64,000 nucleotides of DNA from Lingula anatina. Lineage: Eukaryota > Animalia > Brachiopoda. Where the stretch lies: contig CM120648.1 in NCBI GenBank assembly GCA_051362555.1, positions 8,862,587 to 8,926,586 of the forward strand, written 5' to 3'. Shown one piece after another: positions 14,006 through 28,797 of this stretch. The notes under the pieces were generated by a model. The model saw nothing but the letters and a program-made list of their open reading frames with translations. It was not told the origin of the DNA and ran no database searches. A program made the translations under genes and the position numbers. How positions within the stretch are numbered: the first letter of the stretch is position 1; every line of letters begins with the position of its first letter.

Positions 14006-15283
14006 TACAAGTAGCTCCTTGCAAAAAACTGGATAGGCATGAAGCAAGTGATGGCTACAATATAAATTTATGAAAACATCAGATTTGCTGAAATACTTAA
14101 AACATCTTTGGCTGGATTAGCTGTAACATGGTATTATCAAACCCCTTGACTTACAGTGAAAAACCAAAGAGCAGTTTTCTTTATAAGTAATGAGTTTGTA
14201 CAAACAATCTGCAAAAAAAAAAGTATTTTTAAAAACTGGTAGTATTTAGGTTCTTCATGCAACACAATGTGCAATGTTATATCTTGAATCTGATAAAAAA
14301 AAAAACAAGAACAAAAATCGATAAAAGAATCATAAAAACGACTCATTTCCAAACTGCTCTGAGTCCTCTTGCTGAAAGATAAGTGGATAAAGTGCGGAAA
14401 GAGCATCAAACCCTCACCAATATGTTTCATTTATTTATATCCCAAAAACATACACTTGATCTTCTGGGAGAACTATAATTGTCCATCGTTGGAATGGTGG
14501 ATGGTTCTTAATTCGGTTTCGGCACATTATGTGTTGACATTATCTAATTTGGATTGTTTTTGATAGTTTTCTTCCTCAGCTCACAGATACATTTGAAAAG
14601 AAAACCTCATCAAGTGTGCATGATGGTGGCTATAAAAGGAAAGCGTGGTCATTATCAAGCAAGTGCTTTTTGTGTTTTTGCTGTATACATGGACTTTTAA
14701 TTAGGGTGTACTGAAGTTTCATTTGGTGGTAAATTGAAATATCAGTCCATTTTGTCATTGAGCAGTACAGTTTTCTGTACTGTTTTAGTGTCAATTTCCA
14801 ATACTTATGAACTGAGAGTGTGCTCCTATAATGTTCAGTAAAAGCAGGATAGGTCAAACTGAGATTAAATATATTATGCCAGTTTTATCTAGTTCCTTGT
14901 GAGTCTGCATCAATTTATCATTTATCTTTCCAAACTCTTTTTTTATGGACAAGACTCTTATACAACTTTTTTAACTTTGAAATCTTGAATAAATTTATTG
15001 AGTATTGCAGTTTATAACAATTCATGAAGAAATTCAATCAAAACTTGATTAAAGGGTATGTACCAATATCACATTCAATTAGTTTATAATAATAAAACAA
15101 ATAAGAAAATTAATATAATAATTTACTGAGTTCAACATAAGGTTATAGTGAATAATGTTTATATTCAAATTATAAAAAGTGAAAGTAAAATCCTGCAAAG
15201 AATGTGTTACATCTGACAGAAATTAACAGGAAAGTGTGTTAGGTGTGACAGTGATGAAATATAGCAAAGAAAACTGAATGTGC

Positions 15284-15590
15284 TATATTCAACAATTTGT
15301 CAGAGAGAGAAAATAAAGAGTATAATAATAATATAAAAATAAAGAGAAGATCAAAAATGATACTGCACAGTTTATTAAATTGTTGGTAATACAAATTTAA
15401 CCAGGCCAACATTAAAACACTGAAAATCTATCCCTACATCCATTTTGTTGTTATATTCAACAATTTGTCAGAGAGAGAAAATAAAGAGTATTAGAGAAGA
15501 TCAAAAATGATACTGCACAGTTTATTAAATTGTTGGTAATACAAATTTAACCAGGCCAACATTAAAACACTGAAAATCTATCCCTACATC
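15284..15590. repeat. Tandem duplication of ~140-155 bp
   Basis: TATATTCAACAATTTGTCAGAGAGAG...AAAATCTATCCCTACATCC occurs twice, near identical. Confidence 0.9.
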
Positions 15591-15686
15591 CCCGATATTT
15601 TTTAACAGCTATGAAGAAAGCAACCAATAGTGAAAATTTATTTAATATGTTTCCATACGGTAAAAAACAGTAATTATACAACTTAC

Positions 15687-15908
15687 CACATGCCCTTTCA
15701 TGCTTCAAAGTCACACCTGAATTGGTTTCACAAGCAGTCCTATTAAGCTCACACCAATTCGAGTATGTCTTTCCATCCGTCCCGCACACAGGTGACCCTA
15801 CAGGTTCGCAGTGGCCACATGTGCATCTGGCAATCTGGAGGCGATCTATATAGCATACTTTCAGTGGTCCACAGTTTATATTTCGGCAGGGGTGAGGCTG
15901 TGGCGAAT
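15687..15908 (-). CDS. AGRN: Agrin exon: follistatin/Kazal module 4
   Basis: TCTTCTTCAG acceptor, G|GTAAGT donor, 222 nt, phase 1-1. Translates (D)SPQPHPCRNINCGPLKVCYIDRLQIARCTCGHCEPVGSPVCGTDGKTYSNWCELNRTACETNSGVTLKHERAC. Confidence 0.92.
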
Positions 15909-17517
15909 CTGAAGAAGATATGATGAAGTATGCATATTAATTTTTTTTACGATAAATCTAAATTATTTTTAAAAATTTGTATATATTGCACATCCCATGT
16001 ACATTTCACATCCCCCTTTCTTGGAAATTTGAGATAAATCTATTTAAAAAAAAATTTTTTTTTTTTTGGGGGGGGGAGGTGGAAGAAAAATGTCAAACGT
16101 AATAGAATTCTAGAATTTTTATATCACTCCTCAACTAATCAGAAATTTCCCTAGCACATTATTGTAATTCAGTGCTGTTATATGATTAATATAAATTTAA
16201 AGCTTTCCTTTTGTGGTAACAAAAGTTTTTTGTTATTTGATTTTTTTTTTCATAGGCAAAATTTTCAAACTATAAATATATGTTACCATATCTAACCCCT
16301 TTTTCCTTTCCAACTGCAGGAGAGGGCAGATTGTTCTTTTCTCAAAACTTGCTTTGTTAAACACAAGAAGGTACAAACATTACAATAAACGTAAATAAAT
16401 TGCAATATAAATACCAGGACCCAACCCAAACGCCAAAAAAATTATAGTCAAACCAGCACATCGTTTTGTGTATTTTTTACATTCAGCCAATGGCTACTGT
16501 TTCTTCATTACACCAGTAGATTTTTAGACCCTGCTGGTCCATTGGGGCCAGTGAACAAGAAAGTTTTTATTATAATTATAATTATTGTTTATTTATTTAT
16601 TATTTAATATTATTATTATCATTATTATTATTATTTTATTTTTATTTTTTGCAAAGGCTGATTTAATATTTCAGAAAGAAGTGGGAATACTTGGTGAGTG
16701 GTTCCATTACAGCAGTCACTAGTGTACAGAACTGCACTTGTATTGACCCTCGTGAGAGTGCCTGAACGATTATTCCCACGTTTTCAAAGTTTTTTATGTT
16801 TGATGACGTGTGTTGAGGGATATGAACTTATTTGAAACAAGTAAAATAATTGAATCAAAATATATAATCTAAAACCACTGAAGAACTTAATTAACATATT
16901 TCCCAAACCAGGTGTTCAAAATGGCTAACTTAGTTTTATAAAAATATGACCCTGACCTTGTCACCATGCATACAATTTACCTTTTATTAAACAAATGAAA
17001 TCAATAAAATAATATTTTTTGGATTTAAAAGGGTAACATTCAATACTTATCCATATACCAAATAAACAAATAAGTTTAATATGAAAAGACAAAAATTGCA
17101 TTACAAAATAATCATCTAATCTGATTATGTATGTATATATATATCATTCAAATCAATATCAATCAGTTAAAAGATAAATATTTCTTTGGGAAAAAAGACT
17201 AAAAAACACAATCACAGACATCATGCAAATGGCTTCACTGTCACATTCTATATGCTTGGTGAATGGTGCAAGCAGATTCTCAGCAGTCTAATGTGTTAGT
17301 ATGTGTGCTTTACAATAAAAAGTGCCATAGTGTTAAAATCACATTCAACATTTATCATTATCTGCAAAGTAATAAAAAATTAATTTAATAAGTTACCATA
17401 ATAGTGTCATCTTTTCTTTCACAAAAAACTGCTTTTTTATCATTATGTCATTAAAATCCAGACAAGCTTGAATGAAAAACTGGTTCTCCCTCAAGATGGC
17501 GCCAGTTGTCCATTTCC

Positions 17518-17572
<55 letters not shown>

Positions 17573-18662
17573 GCCAAGCAACATTAACAGCCAAATAAGC
17601 TGCATTTTATACAGAATCTAAAATGCCCTGTATCTTCTTTATCCCCTTGAGCAAACTGTGGTTGTCTTGATGACAGCTTCAACCCTCACTAGTGACAGTA
17701 GCCCATTTAGGTATGTCAAATACACTTACTGTGGGCCAATTATTATTGAAAGCTCTTAGATCAATATAAAAAGGCCTTGAATCCCACGTGAATGTTTTAT
17801 GGCATCTGCAAAACTTTTAAAGCTTTTATACATCGAGTCTAGCTTTGAACTTGTCTGAGCATAATTCTGGCTCACAGCCAGAGCTAAAAAATCTTGGTAA
17901 ACTATGATCAGGGGTCTGATCATGGGAGTGGGTAGGGAGGCTTTGTATTTTTTTTTTTTTTTAATTTTTTTTTTTTTTTTTGGGGGGGGGGGGGGGAGAA
18001 GGGACAAGCTTCTTCCCAGGGGACAGGTTTTTCAATGTGATAAGCCAGGCCAACTTACGAACAAAAAGCTTGAGATAAAGTGCAAACATGCTCACTGAGA
18101 GTTTATGCTACAAGAGATATTTCCCAGTGGATAATCTCAGAGAGTTCAACTAGGAATTTTCCTTTAAAAAGAGGAATTAAGAGTCTCTCATAATGGCATA
18201 ATTAAAGATCAACTCTGCTCTGTATACATGGTATTTCTGAACATAAATCAATTAATGGAACAGACTCCTGAGGTTTTCTAGCACACATCCCACTTTTAAT
18301 TTGTTTAAACAGACATTTAAATGCCCTGGTACTCCAAAAAGACATTATAATTATGATAGTTAGATAAATAATCATGGTGAAATACTTGGAGCAGTTGGGC
18401 AAAATGCAATAAAAAGTCCATTACCTCTTTACCGACGTCTACCTATATAGGGGTTTGATCATAAATTTCACTCTTGCTTGAACATAATTGTAGAGATTAA
18501 TAAAGATCATTGTTTTTTAATTCAGAAAAAAAATATTATAACATAACAAGAAAAATGCCAAGCACATCATCCCAATGTATCAAGTCCAGTTGCTTTATGT
18601 TGTTATAACTTGCCATCATCTAAAGAATAAATGTAAGGTAATGCAGTGTACCAAAATAACAG

Positions 18663-18798
18663 ATGATCAGTGGACTAACTGATCAACGGATCAAATATGG
18701 CCGACCCACTTTCCGTGTAAATCACTTTAAAGAATTCCTCCAGTGGATTACGCAGCAAGCTTTCAAATCCATGACTCAAACCGGTTCTGAACAGGCCC
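18663..18798. mobile_element. Truncated family-A MITE
   Basis: Contains GACTAACTGATCAACGGATCAAATATGGCCG and the right end GGTTCTGAACAGGCCC, both shared with the 37707 copy. Confidence 0.6.
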
Positions 18799-21733
18799 TT
18801 AAACATACGTTAGCACTGGTTCTGCTGCCTGATATAATTAATGGACAATATGTGCTATATTCAGATAATGCAAACATCCTTCCATCAGCAGAGTAGATAA
18901 AAATGGAAGTACATCTCTATAAAAAGCAGATTCGTCTTCATTTGTCCTGGTTTAATGGAAACAGAGAAGCTGCACTGTGTCAATTAGTGCTCGAACATGG
19001 AGAAAATGTGGTAAAATATGGATTCTGGTTTGCATTTAGGATATGATATTCTCTTTAGGATGCAGCTTTCTAGCAAAACTGAAGGGCCAGTAAGACTTTA
19101 TAAGATTACGATACGAGATCTTGTTAAAAACGAGACATTTAAGTTTGAATTCTCAAATTTTCATTCAGTTAACTTTGTTGGGCATATCTAAAACAACTGA
19201 AACAGTCCATAAAATTCAAATTTTCTTTTTAAGTTAAACGTGGTCTTATTAATCCGATCATGTTACTTCTTAATTATAACATGAAAAAAAGAGAGAACAA
19301 ATTTAAGTTTCTGGGGAATTTTGGTGAGGGACAGAAACTCACATTTACCAAAACCACAGTAACAGTATTTAAATACAAGTGACAATATAAAAATATAACA
19401 AACTAGAATCAGCATCATACTAAATGGATGTCACTTTACTAGTACATCAAGATCAAATATCATATTCATGTTCTTTTTTTACTGTAAAGCAAAGTTACAT
19501 CATCTGATAATGTATGCAACTTTGTATCAAACTGCATGTATAACATTGCATCTTTATTTAATTATGACAATGTAACTCAATGCATATAATATTCTATTAC
19601 AAAATTGCAAATTGGGTGAATTTACCTGTAAAAATACACTTAATATAAAAGCAACAATTAATAACAGTAAATGTTACAATGTGTTATGTTAAAGTGTCAC
19701 AATCAGTGCAGAATAACAATTGTACTGCTTGTAACATTGCATCTTTATAGCAGTAACAATGTAATACATGAAACAATGTATTACAATGTTGCCAAACAGG
19801 TTCTGAATTTACCTGTAAAAATGCACTTTAATATATGAAAATAACAATGCATGACAATAAACATAACAATGTGTTACAATATGTAACAATATATAACAAA
19901 GTGCCACAACTACATATCAGTGCATAGCTATTAATAGTAAGGTGCAGAAATTGGCACAAACTGTGCAGTTACCAGGATTGCTTGTGCGCTGCAGCGGGTT
20001 CCTCGGACTCAAAGTCCGATCTAGAAGGCGTGGAAAGATATGCTGGGTTACTAAAAAAACAATATTGGCAATACTTGTGCTGTATGTGATCCCGAAGTGT
20101 GCACACATGAAAGAATGTCCCGTTTTATCATAACGACAGTCACTGTAATCTTAATTAAAAATTGTCTCCCTTTTCATCTTAACGGGTATAACAATAATAT
20201 ATTTCAGTAGCAATTTATTTTTATTAAACAATGTGAACATAAACTGTTTTCACAATATATACAGAAAAACTCCCAGTCTGGATAAAAAGATAAGAAAATA
20301 TCTTTCCATTTATATCAAAGACCCCACCCCCACCCCCTCCACGCACACACACACACACACGTCCCACTTTTTGCTTCTCTGGGCCCCCTGTGTATTATGT
20401 GATGCATACTCAGTAACTGACAATTAAATTATTTTACTTTTAACAGTCCTCCTCTGCTTCCAATTTAATTAACAGATGACGCCAATGTGACTCATGCCAC
20501 AAATGAGTGAAAACATCTGCATTGTTGTGGTTCCATAGCCATGATATTACATTTTTACCTTAGTTCTTCCCACGTTCATAATACAAGTACATGCAAAGCG
20601 CTTCCGTTCTTATCTGCATTAACATGATCATGTGTTTTAGGTTTAACCTGCTAATGAGAAAGTATAAACATATTCCCTTCAGTTTCACAAAAGAATTAAT
20701 AACCAAAAGTTGATTTCAACTCCTACTCAACTTGTAAAACTAAATTTTGGTGTTTTTTATTCATTCAAGCTGCCAGTAAATATGGTGTAGTCCCCTATTT
20801 TAGAGTGATTATTGGTCCAAAATATTTTCCATTTTTTTTTTTTTTTTTTGTTATATAACAGATACAATACATCATTTAACAAAGGGACTTAGTACTGATT
20901 TAGCCTGAATCATAAGAGACAAAATATGGTCACAGTGTTTAGACCATCACAGGGCTCAAACAGTTTTCAAGTCAAACAGGTACCAGAAGAAAACTGCATT
21001 CAAATTTGTTTTAATATTCAAGATTTGAAGCAGATCACTATATAAGAGTAATTGTTGGTCCTACCTAAACATTTGCCAATTTTTTCTTGCCATTAAACAG
21101 GACAATATATCAATTTATCTCAAACAGTTCCCAGAATTAAGCTGCATTCACTTTTTTTCCACATAATCTGTTTTAAGCTTTATCCTGGAAAGTAACATTA
21201 ATGGGAAGCATCCTGTGTATAATAATTAGGACAAGGTCTCACGCATATGATCAAATGAAACTTGGGATCTGAACGAGAGTGGGGTTAGAAATAATGGCAC
21301 ACTAGCAAGCATAGTGCATCATTGAATAAAAAGTGACAGAATATTATAAGTTCTGTTAACTTAAGTCTATTTCCACAATGTACAGAAACAAATGTTGCTT
21401 TTGCATTGCTTTCTAAGATGACATGCCCAACATGTACTGTAGTTCAATGAAAAGCTATAATTTCACCTCGTCCCACAAATTCCCACAAATTCTTGCAAAT
21501 TCAATGCAGCTTTAGAAATGGAAATATCTTGGAACAGGTTCTTGCCTGTGTGTCAGAGAGAGAGAAAGAGAGAGAGAGAGAGAATGATTCAAGTTATTTC
21601 AGTGGGAGATATTAAAAGAAATATAACTGTGTAGAGTCAACTTTTTTGTTATATGTCAGCCAGATCTATAAAATAGCATCCCAAATCAGGATTTAAAAAA
21701 CTGCAGATTTTGCACAAAAGAATTTTTTCTTAC

Positions 21734-21946
21734 CATCACATTTTCCTTGGAAAAATACATGAATCTCCTTCTTCTGTTTGCATGCCTCGAGTTTCAGGAA
21801 ACACTCATTACTGTATGTCTTTCCATCCGTACCACACACGGGGGCGAAATCAGAAGAGCACAGTCCACCGCATTTACACACAGGTTTTCGGTTTGAGTCC
21901 AACTGACACATTTCTGTTGCATTACATTTGTGGTCTTTACAGGGAT
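21734..21946 (-). CDS. AGRN: Agrin exon: follistatin/Kazal module 3
   Basis: TTATTTAG acceptor, G|GTAAGA donor, 213 nt, phase 1-1. Translates (N)PCKDHKCNATEMCQLDSNRKPVCKCGGLCSSDFAPVCGTDGKTYSNECFLKLEACKQKKEIHVFFQGKCD. Confidence 0.92.
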
Positions 21947-22000
21947 CTAAATAAATTAATTAAGAAAAAAAGAAAAAGTTTGAAACATACTAATAGGGAC

Positions 22001-22290
22001 AAAATTAAATAAAATGACATGCTAACCCTGACATGAGAATCAAATTAAAAATCTCAGAATTCCATGGTTCAGAGGAAAAAGCTTAATTATTTATGCTAAA
22101 TGCTAAAATACACAACCAATTTTCAACCAAGTATTCATGATGAAAAAAAAGATTGAAACATATTAACTCAGCCAAAATTAAATAAAATGACATGCTAATC
22201 CTGACACGAGAATCCAACTAATAATCTCAAAATTCCATAGTTCTGAGGAAAAGCTTAATCATGTATGCCAAATGATAAAATAAGCAACAA
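22001..22290. repeat. Diverged tandem duplication (~170-bp period)
   Basis: AAAATTAAATAAAATGACATGCTAA.CCTGACA.GAGAATC...AATTCCAT.GTTC.GAGGAAAA occurs twice. Confidence 0.8.
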
Positions 22291-22400
22291 ATTAAATTAA
22301 ACAATTGTAAATGAAAAAAAATTTTTTTTAAATTATTAAATGAAATCATTACTTATATGCAAGAAATCAATCCAAGGTTTTAATACTTTCAATATTTCTA

Positions 22401-22447
<47 letters not shown>

Positions 22448-23383
22448 GTGCTATTCACCAACATAAAAAGAAGATTATAAAAAGGTGTTTTATATATTCC
22501 ATGACTGCTTTCGATTAAACACAATTCAAAATTACTTCAAAATGGAATTGTCATTAATTACAAACTAAGAAAAAATGATAAATAAAAACATTTTTCAGGT
22601 CACTGAAAGAAAATGTCTTATCTATGAAAATAACTACAAAAATTGTCTGGGAAATAAATTACATTTTACATTTAGGGTTAGCAAAATAACTGCATAAGAG
22701 ATTATAACCAATGAAACAATTGTTTTCAGTACTCCTGCAGGTCAAATTCAATTTGTTCAAAAATTAAATAAAATAACATTGGGATACCAACACTGCATTT
22801 TTAAGACTTCATAGCCAGGTTTGCCAATGCAACAAAACTCTTCTCAGAATGTGCATACATATTGGTGAACATTATATAAACACCACTCTAGTAGTACATC
22901 GACACCTTAGGCACTCAGGAAAGTTGATTATGCAAGTACAACTGCCAGCTAAGGTGACTAAAGATGGCTTAAACCATAAGCGATCTAGACAGCTTACACT
23001 TCTTATCACCATCACTGTGTGGGAGTATAGTGTACAGAGACGTTCTGTTGGGGTTAATACCGCAAAATCACAAAAATCATGGATTTTAATATGTATATTT
23101 AGGGCAGCTTGATCTAGCCCCATGATTACAACAATTAGCCTTGGTTAATTACTGCTCACTTGACATAATTGCCAAGGGCATAGGCTGGTGAAAAATTACA
23201 AGGTAAACTGCTCAAGCTGAAGGTTCTGTCCCAGCCATATCGTTTCAATCAATTTGGGGATATTCCAGATAGTCTTGAATTAGTGAAGTTTATTGCCTGC
23301 CTTTAACTAGTTATGCTTTCAAAATAGGTAACCATAACATTCACACACATACATATGCATGTGTACATACAGTGCACACATAC

Positions 23384-23414
<31 letters not shown>

Positions 23415-24002
23415 ACACAAACTCAACACAGATACGCAGATAATCTAACTGGCCTACAACCAGCAATTTCAAAGAAGGGGAAGAAGCTTCTTTTTCAGAA
23501 AAATTGGACTTTCCTTCCCTTCACTGAAACAACTTTAACCTAAATTTTAATTCTTCTCTGGCAAAAAGGTGGTTCTTGCACTCCATCTCCTAAGGGGTTT
23601 GTTTATTAAAAACTGCACTTATTATTACTTTTCCGTCTATGGATGTGTGTACATGTGTGCGCGCACACGTGTCTGTGTGAAAATGAGTACCTTGGTGACT
23701 TGAAAGAATGTCATATAGAACCTAGATCAGATTTGGATTCAGAATGGATCTCCATTGGCAAAAAAGGTGGTTCTTGCTCTCCATCTCCCAAAAGGGTTTG
23801 TTTAATATTGAAAGCTGTATTATGGTAATAAATCAATCTTTTCAATGAGGGCAAAATAGTGAATTTTACAGATACTGTATTTTTAGAGTCATAATTTCTT
23901 AAAATTTGAACAATTTTATTGACTGGTGGCAACAACATTAAAAAGCAGGCTATAATCTATAATTCTATTCGGTGTAGTAAAAGCACCCCAAAATCATTAC
24001 CA

Positions 24003-24045
<43 letters not shown>

Positions 24046-25644
24046 ACAAAAATTAGTACCTTGGTGACCTGAGAAAACATGGTACAGATGCATTGCAAGA
24101 ACTAAATTGCCCATTCAGATCTAAAAATGCTTGAAAATCGTCAATCTTCCTCACTTACAATTCCCATATGCCTAAAATAAAAGAGTAACATTACAAAAAA
24201 AGGCAACTTCTTCTGCTGTTTCATTAGATTAGTGGTTAGCAACAATTCTACAGCTGTGGTATATGGAGGATCATGATCCATAGTTCTATTGCCTTCCTTT
24301 TTCTTCCAATATTCTTCTTTGTACAAAAATCATCCATCTACTAGCTGTAAAATTTACAATTTTTCCTTAATATCCAAAGACTAATTTCACAAGAGAAACT
24401 AGTTCCCTTTATTAATTTTTTTCTCAAGATAATCATCTTATGGTAATAATGGATCTGGAAAAAGGAAAACATTTAAAAAAGATTTGGACTACTAAAAGAA
24501 GAAAAAAATCCTTTAAATGATCTTAACCTTTTTGATTTTAATCCTGTATTTATTATTGCATTAACACAGGGTTCATATTTGAAAAATGATGTGGTTGGTT
24601 TTCTTATTGCTCTTTTATCATGAGGTTATTCCTTAAATTGTTCCTTACATTTCCTCCATTCATTCATGCAATGTTCTGGTCTCATGTCTTTATGTAAGAC
24701 CCGTAAGGCACTGTAAAGCCATCCTCATCTTATAATTTTACCAAAGTCTTTAAAGATTTAAAATCAAAATTCAAATCTATTTTACTACTATAATATTTTT
24801 CAAGTTAATAGTTTTATTATTTTGAAGCTGGCCAAACTTGAGATAAAATTCATGTCTACATTCATAACATTTCTAAATACACTGTAGAAGAGACAGGAAG
24901 GACACAGTATCCTTGTAATCAAATCACATTCAACTGGCACAGAAATTGAATGGGAAGCATTTATCAGATAAGGAAAAAAGTAATGGATGATGTCTACATC
25001 CGGTGGTAAATGTATGCATCAGACTGGAAAAAACGGCATGGGTACATGCACAAAAGGAAAAAAACATTATAATCAGTGATAAAAATAGGTTTAAAAAAAC
25101 ATGTTTAGTTTCTTAAGAGATTATTTGCTTTTTCATTACCATCCTACAAGATACAATAAAAAAAACTGTACTTCAACATATTCTAATTGGGGTGTAAGTT
25201 TTTGTTGTTTTTTTTTAAATTTCTTTTAGCTGCACTCTTTTATATTGAGGGTACCATTATTATATAGAGTGGTGCTTATTAATAAGGCAGTTTGTTACTT
25301 TATTTCAACATTGTATAATAAGACAGCAAAAGCTATATTAAAAAGGTATGTACAGACATTGACCATATTTTCAATATCAAAACAGCATGTGCTACAAATT
25401 TATATCCATGTAGTTTTCCATAAACAGTATAATTATTTTAAACCAAAACTGTTGTTCAAGTTCTTCAAATTATTATTAACAGGATCATATAACATACACT
25501 AACCATCTCAGAGTGATAGCCAATATCACAGCAAATCAATGTCTGTACATAAAAAATGGAAAACAGTTGATGGATCCCTTTTGCCAATTAATTGTAACTG
25601 AGAACACCTGTTTCTGGCATACAGACTTGAGAACTAGACACATT

Positions 25645-25922
25645 GGTCGCATTCAGAACAAATGATCCTCGGATCTACTGGTCTACGGATCAAATATGGC
25701 TGACCCTACATGAAAGCAAGACCATCTTATCCTTTCATGGTCTCCCCGCCTCCACACAGATTAAATTTTGGCTTCAAGGTTTAATTGCTAGGCCCCCACA
25801 AGGATGGTACATGTGGAGGTGTGGAGACCATAAGCGAATCAGTCAGCTCTTCTTTCATGTAGGGTCTGCCATATTTGATCCATGGATCAGTAGACCCTTG
25901 GATCTTCTGTTCTGAATGACCT
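25645..25922. mobile_element. Palindromic MITE, family A3
   Basis: Arms CATTCAGAACA..GGATCAAATATGGCTGACCCTACATGAAAG / CTTTCATGTAGGGTCTGCCATATTTGATCC..TGTTCTGAATG. A homologous copy lies at 31292. Confidence 0.85.
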
Positions 25923-28433
25923 CCTAGACATACAGACATTGAAGAAGTGGTCATCATGGAAGATTAAAAACAGTATTCAATAAGTTGTGTCATAGGCCTG
26001 GAAAATACATGCACACAGATGTACAGTATAACTGATAGGGTTCCTTTTTCCTTATTTGAGTTAATTTATTAATGAATAAAATATTGGTTTGACCTGAGCT
26101 AGATCAATGAATCTCAAGGCCAACACTCAAATCTGATATAATTCAATTGGCAATGGAAGGCAGACACAATTGTTCTGCAGTGCCAAAACAGCATAGTTTC
26201 CAAGACAGGGAGCAGCCAGCAAATTGCATTAAACAATATAATAATACTACTTGAATGTAAAGAAACTCAATTTCAATTGATTTTGCCTTCTCTGTATACC
26301 TTGAATATGTGTATGTTGAGCATATAGGGAGGTTACACACACAAACACCTATGCCATACAGAAACAGCAATGAACAGTGTTCCAATTAGATTTAAGAAAA
26401 ATGTTTCCGAATCGTTAATCACTAAGAGAAGAGATGCTAAATTGCAAACTTCAACTTTTCTATTATAAATTTGAAGTAATCCAAAAGTTCAGGGATCAAA
26501 GTTCAGCACAATGACTTAATGACGAATGGGTGAAATCACAATTGGGGCAGTAGGAAGGATAGGAATTGCAATCAAATCGCTGTTGGCTCATTAAAAATTT
26601 TGGATTAAAAAACCATCACTACATTTTTCCATCATCCATTTTCACACAATAATGTATAGCATTCACTATTTTTTGCTACAATTGAGATATTTTGTTTTTA
26701 CTATATGCCATATGTGTAACTAATAAAAAATTACACATACCATGTGAGATAGCACAGTCAGACAAACCATAATGTATTCAAATGAATAAAAAATTCAGGC
26801 CAACATGATTACAAACATACTGACATATACATGTACAAGCAAAAGCACATACATGTGCATGAGAATTTGGGACATGCACATGCATGTGCACATGGGCCCA
26901 TACATATGTGCATACACACGCACACACACACATACACACACACACACATACACTAAAACAAACACACATACAAGCACAGTTACAAATGCCTATTTTACAA
27001 TGTATAAAACCCTGATCATGAAACTAAATTCCATAATTTAATATGACTAAACACAACCCCATATCTGCTACATGGTGTGTACAATATATTTCAATCAAGT
27101 CTCATATAATAATGACATAATAATTACCGGTAACTTCAATAATAATCAAGCATAACATTCAACTAATTGAGACATCAGAATCAATCACATTTCCAAGGAT
27201 GCAGTAATTTACAGGAAAAAGGGTGGACCAATTTCCAGTGTGACGATGTAACATTATATTAATCTACAGTAAAATTACGCTCCATTAAGCAACTGATCAA
27301 GCAGAAAACATACCATAACATGTTTTTTTTTTATTTGTCACAACACAGATCAATGCGCGAGCACACAGTATAGAGTATGTGGCCAGCCATTTTGTTTTCT
27401 GCTCCAATCATGGTTTAAGTCAGATAAAGTGCCTGTCACAAAACTTGACACAAAAATTGCGGAAACAACTGTCTTCACTTCACCTCAACAAAATTTCATT
27501 TCCACTCAACTTTGTCTCGAAAATTACCTCCTTTATTTTGTGTAAAGATTTAATACTCAAACTTTAGCTACTGAAGTTGGTAATAAGTAACCCAAACTAT
27601 TACTTTTTGGAATGGTCCCCACAACTGGGGCTGTTTCATATCAGAACTTTGGATCAAAATTTTGTTCTATTTCAATTCATGATAAATCTACTGTATCGCA
27701 ACTGTTTCGCATCTAAAAAAAAATTAGCAATTACTTTCTTGTTATTAAGTGGGTGCAACATTTCATATAAGTGAAATACTTTTCAGTAATAATTTAAATT
27801 ATAATATTTAGATCAATCTCTGTGTCAAAGTTTTATGCTAAAATTTTGGTCTACTGGTAAAAGTTTCAACCAAATTTCTGTCCTTTCAATAAACAGGCCC
27901 AAGAGCACAGCTCTTGATTTAATTCAATAACAATCCCAGTGAGCAGGAAAAAAGAAGGGTTAGATCACTATCATCATGCATCCTTATCTCATGGTCTGCT
28001 GAAATGGTTGATTTATCTCTGTTGGACTGTAGATTTGCCCACTGACTGATGACAGACATTTGACTTAACCATGATGTTTGTCCAATCTACAGGCACAGTA
28101 GTTGTATCCAATAAAATATTATGATTATCGTGACAGTTTAAATTTCCATATGCTTGTATCTAATTAGCTAAATGAATCATTTTGATATAGTCTAAGATAC
28201 CTATATAGAGTATATACTCTAAAATAAAAGAGCTGCATTGATGAATCAAATAAATCAATAAATTTAAGTTCCTGGTTCCATCCCATCCAAGTGCAACTAT
28301 ATATATAAATCTTGAATAAAATATACTCTTGATAAGAAAATCATTGTGGCCAATATTTCTCATCAATTAACTCAAAAGCAAACTTGAAATCTGGAAAAGA
28401 AATCCCCATTACAAAATAAATAGTAAAACTTAC

Positions 28434-28670
28434 TGCATTTTCCATAATATAGCACCCTGAGGTCACTCTGGTTCCTGCATGCCTTGGCGTTCATCTCACA
28501 TTCATTTTTATAGTCTCTCCCATCTGAGCCGCATACTTCACGATCCTGTAAGCTGTCGCCATAACTGTAGCACACGCTCGGACACTGACATTGGTATTCC
28601 ATTCCCCCTTCTGCAGGCACGCACACTCCCTTGAAGGGGCACGTCACATTTTTACACGGATCCTCGATAC
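28434..28670 (-). CDS. AGRN: Agrin exon: follistatin/Kazal module 2
   Basis: Acceptor CTTTACGAAG, donor A|GTAAGT, 237 nt, phase 1-1. Translates (G)IEDPCKNVTCPFKGVCVPAEGGMEYQCQCPSVCYSYGDSLQDREVCGSDGRDYKNECEMNAKACRNQSDLRVLYYGKC. DPC-NVTC-F and VCGSDG-DY match agrin FS2. Confidence 0.92.
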
Positions 28671-28797
28671 CTTCGTAAAGATAACAGCACTGTGAGACTG
28701 CAACTAATGACAGTAGGAGAGGTCCATATTTATGCAATATGTGTACGGACCAACACTGAATGACCAGATCAGAAAATGTGTCCGAATGAAACTTCAT
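28671..28797 (-). CDS. AGRN: Putative alternative in-frame 5' extension of the FS2 exon encoding a signal peptide
   Basis: ATG at 28797 is open through the acceptor: MKFHSDTFSDLVIQCWSVHILHKYGPLLLSLVAVSQC-CYLYEG-IEDPC, with hydrophobic core PLLLSLVAV and a small-residue cleavage region (SQC). Confidence 0.6.

Noticed and set aside
17490-17570. YY1-type CAAGATGGCG motif next to a long poly-A run
   Set aside because: An isolated motif with no other promoter evidence and no recognisable retroposon body.
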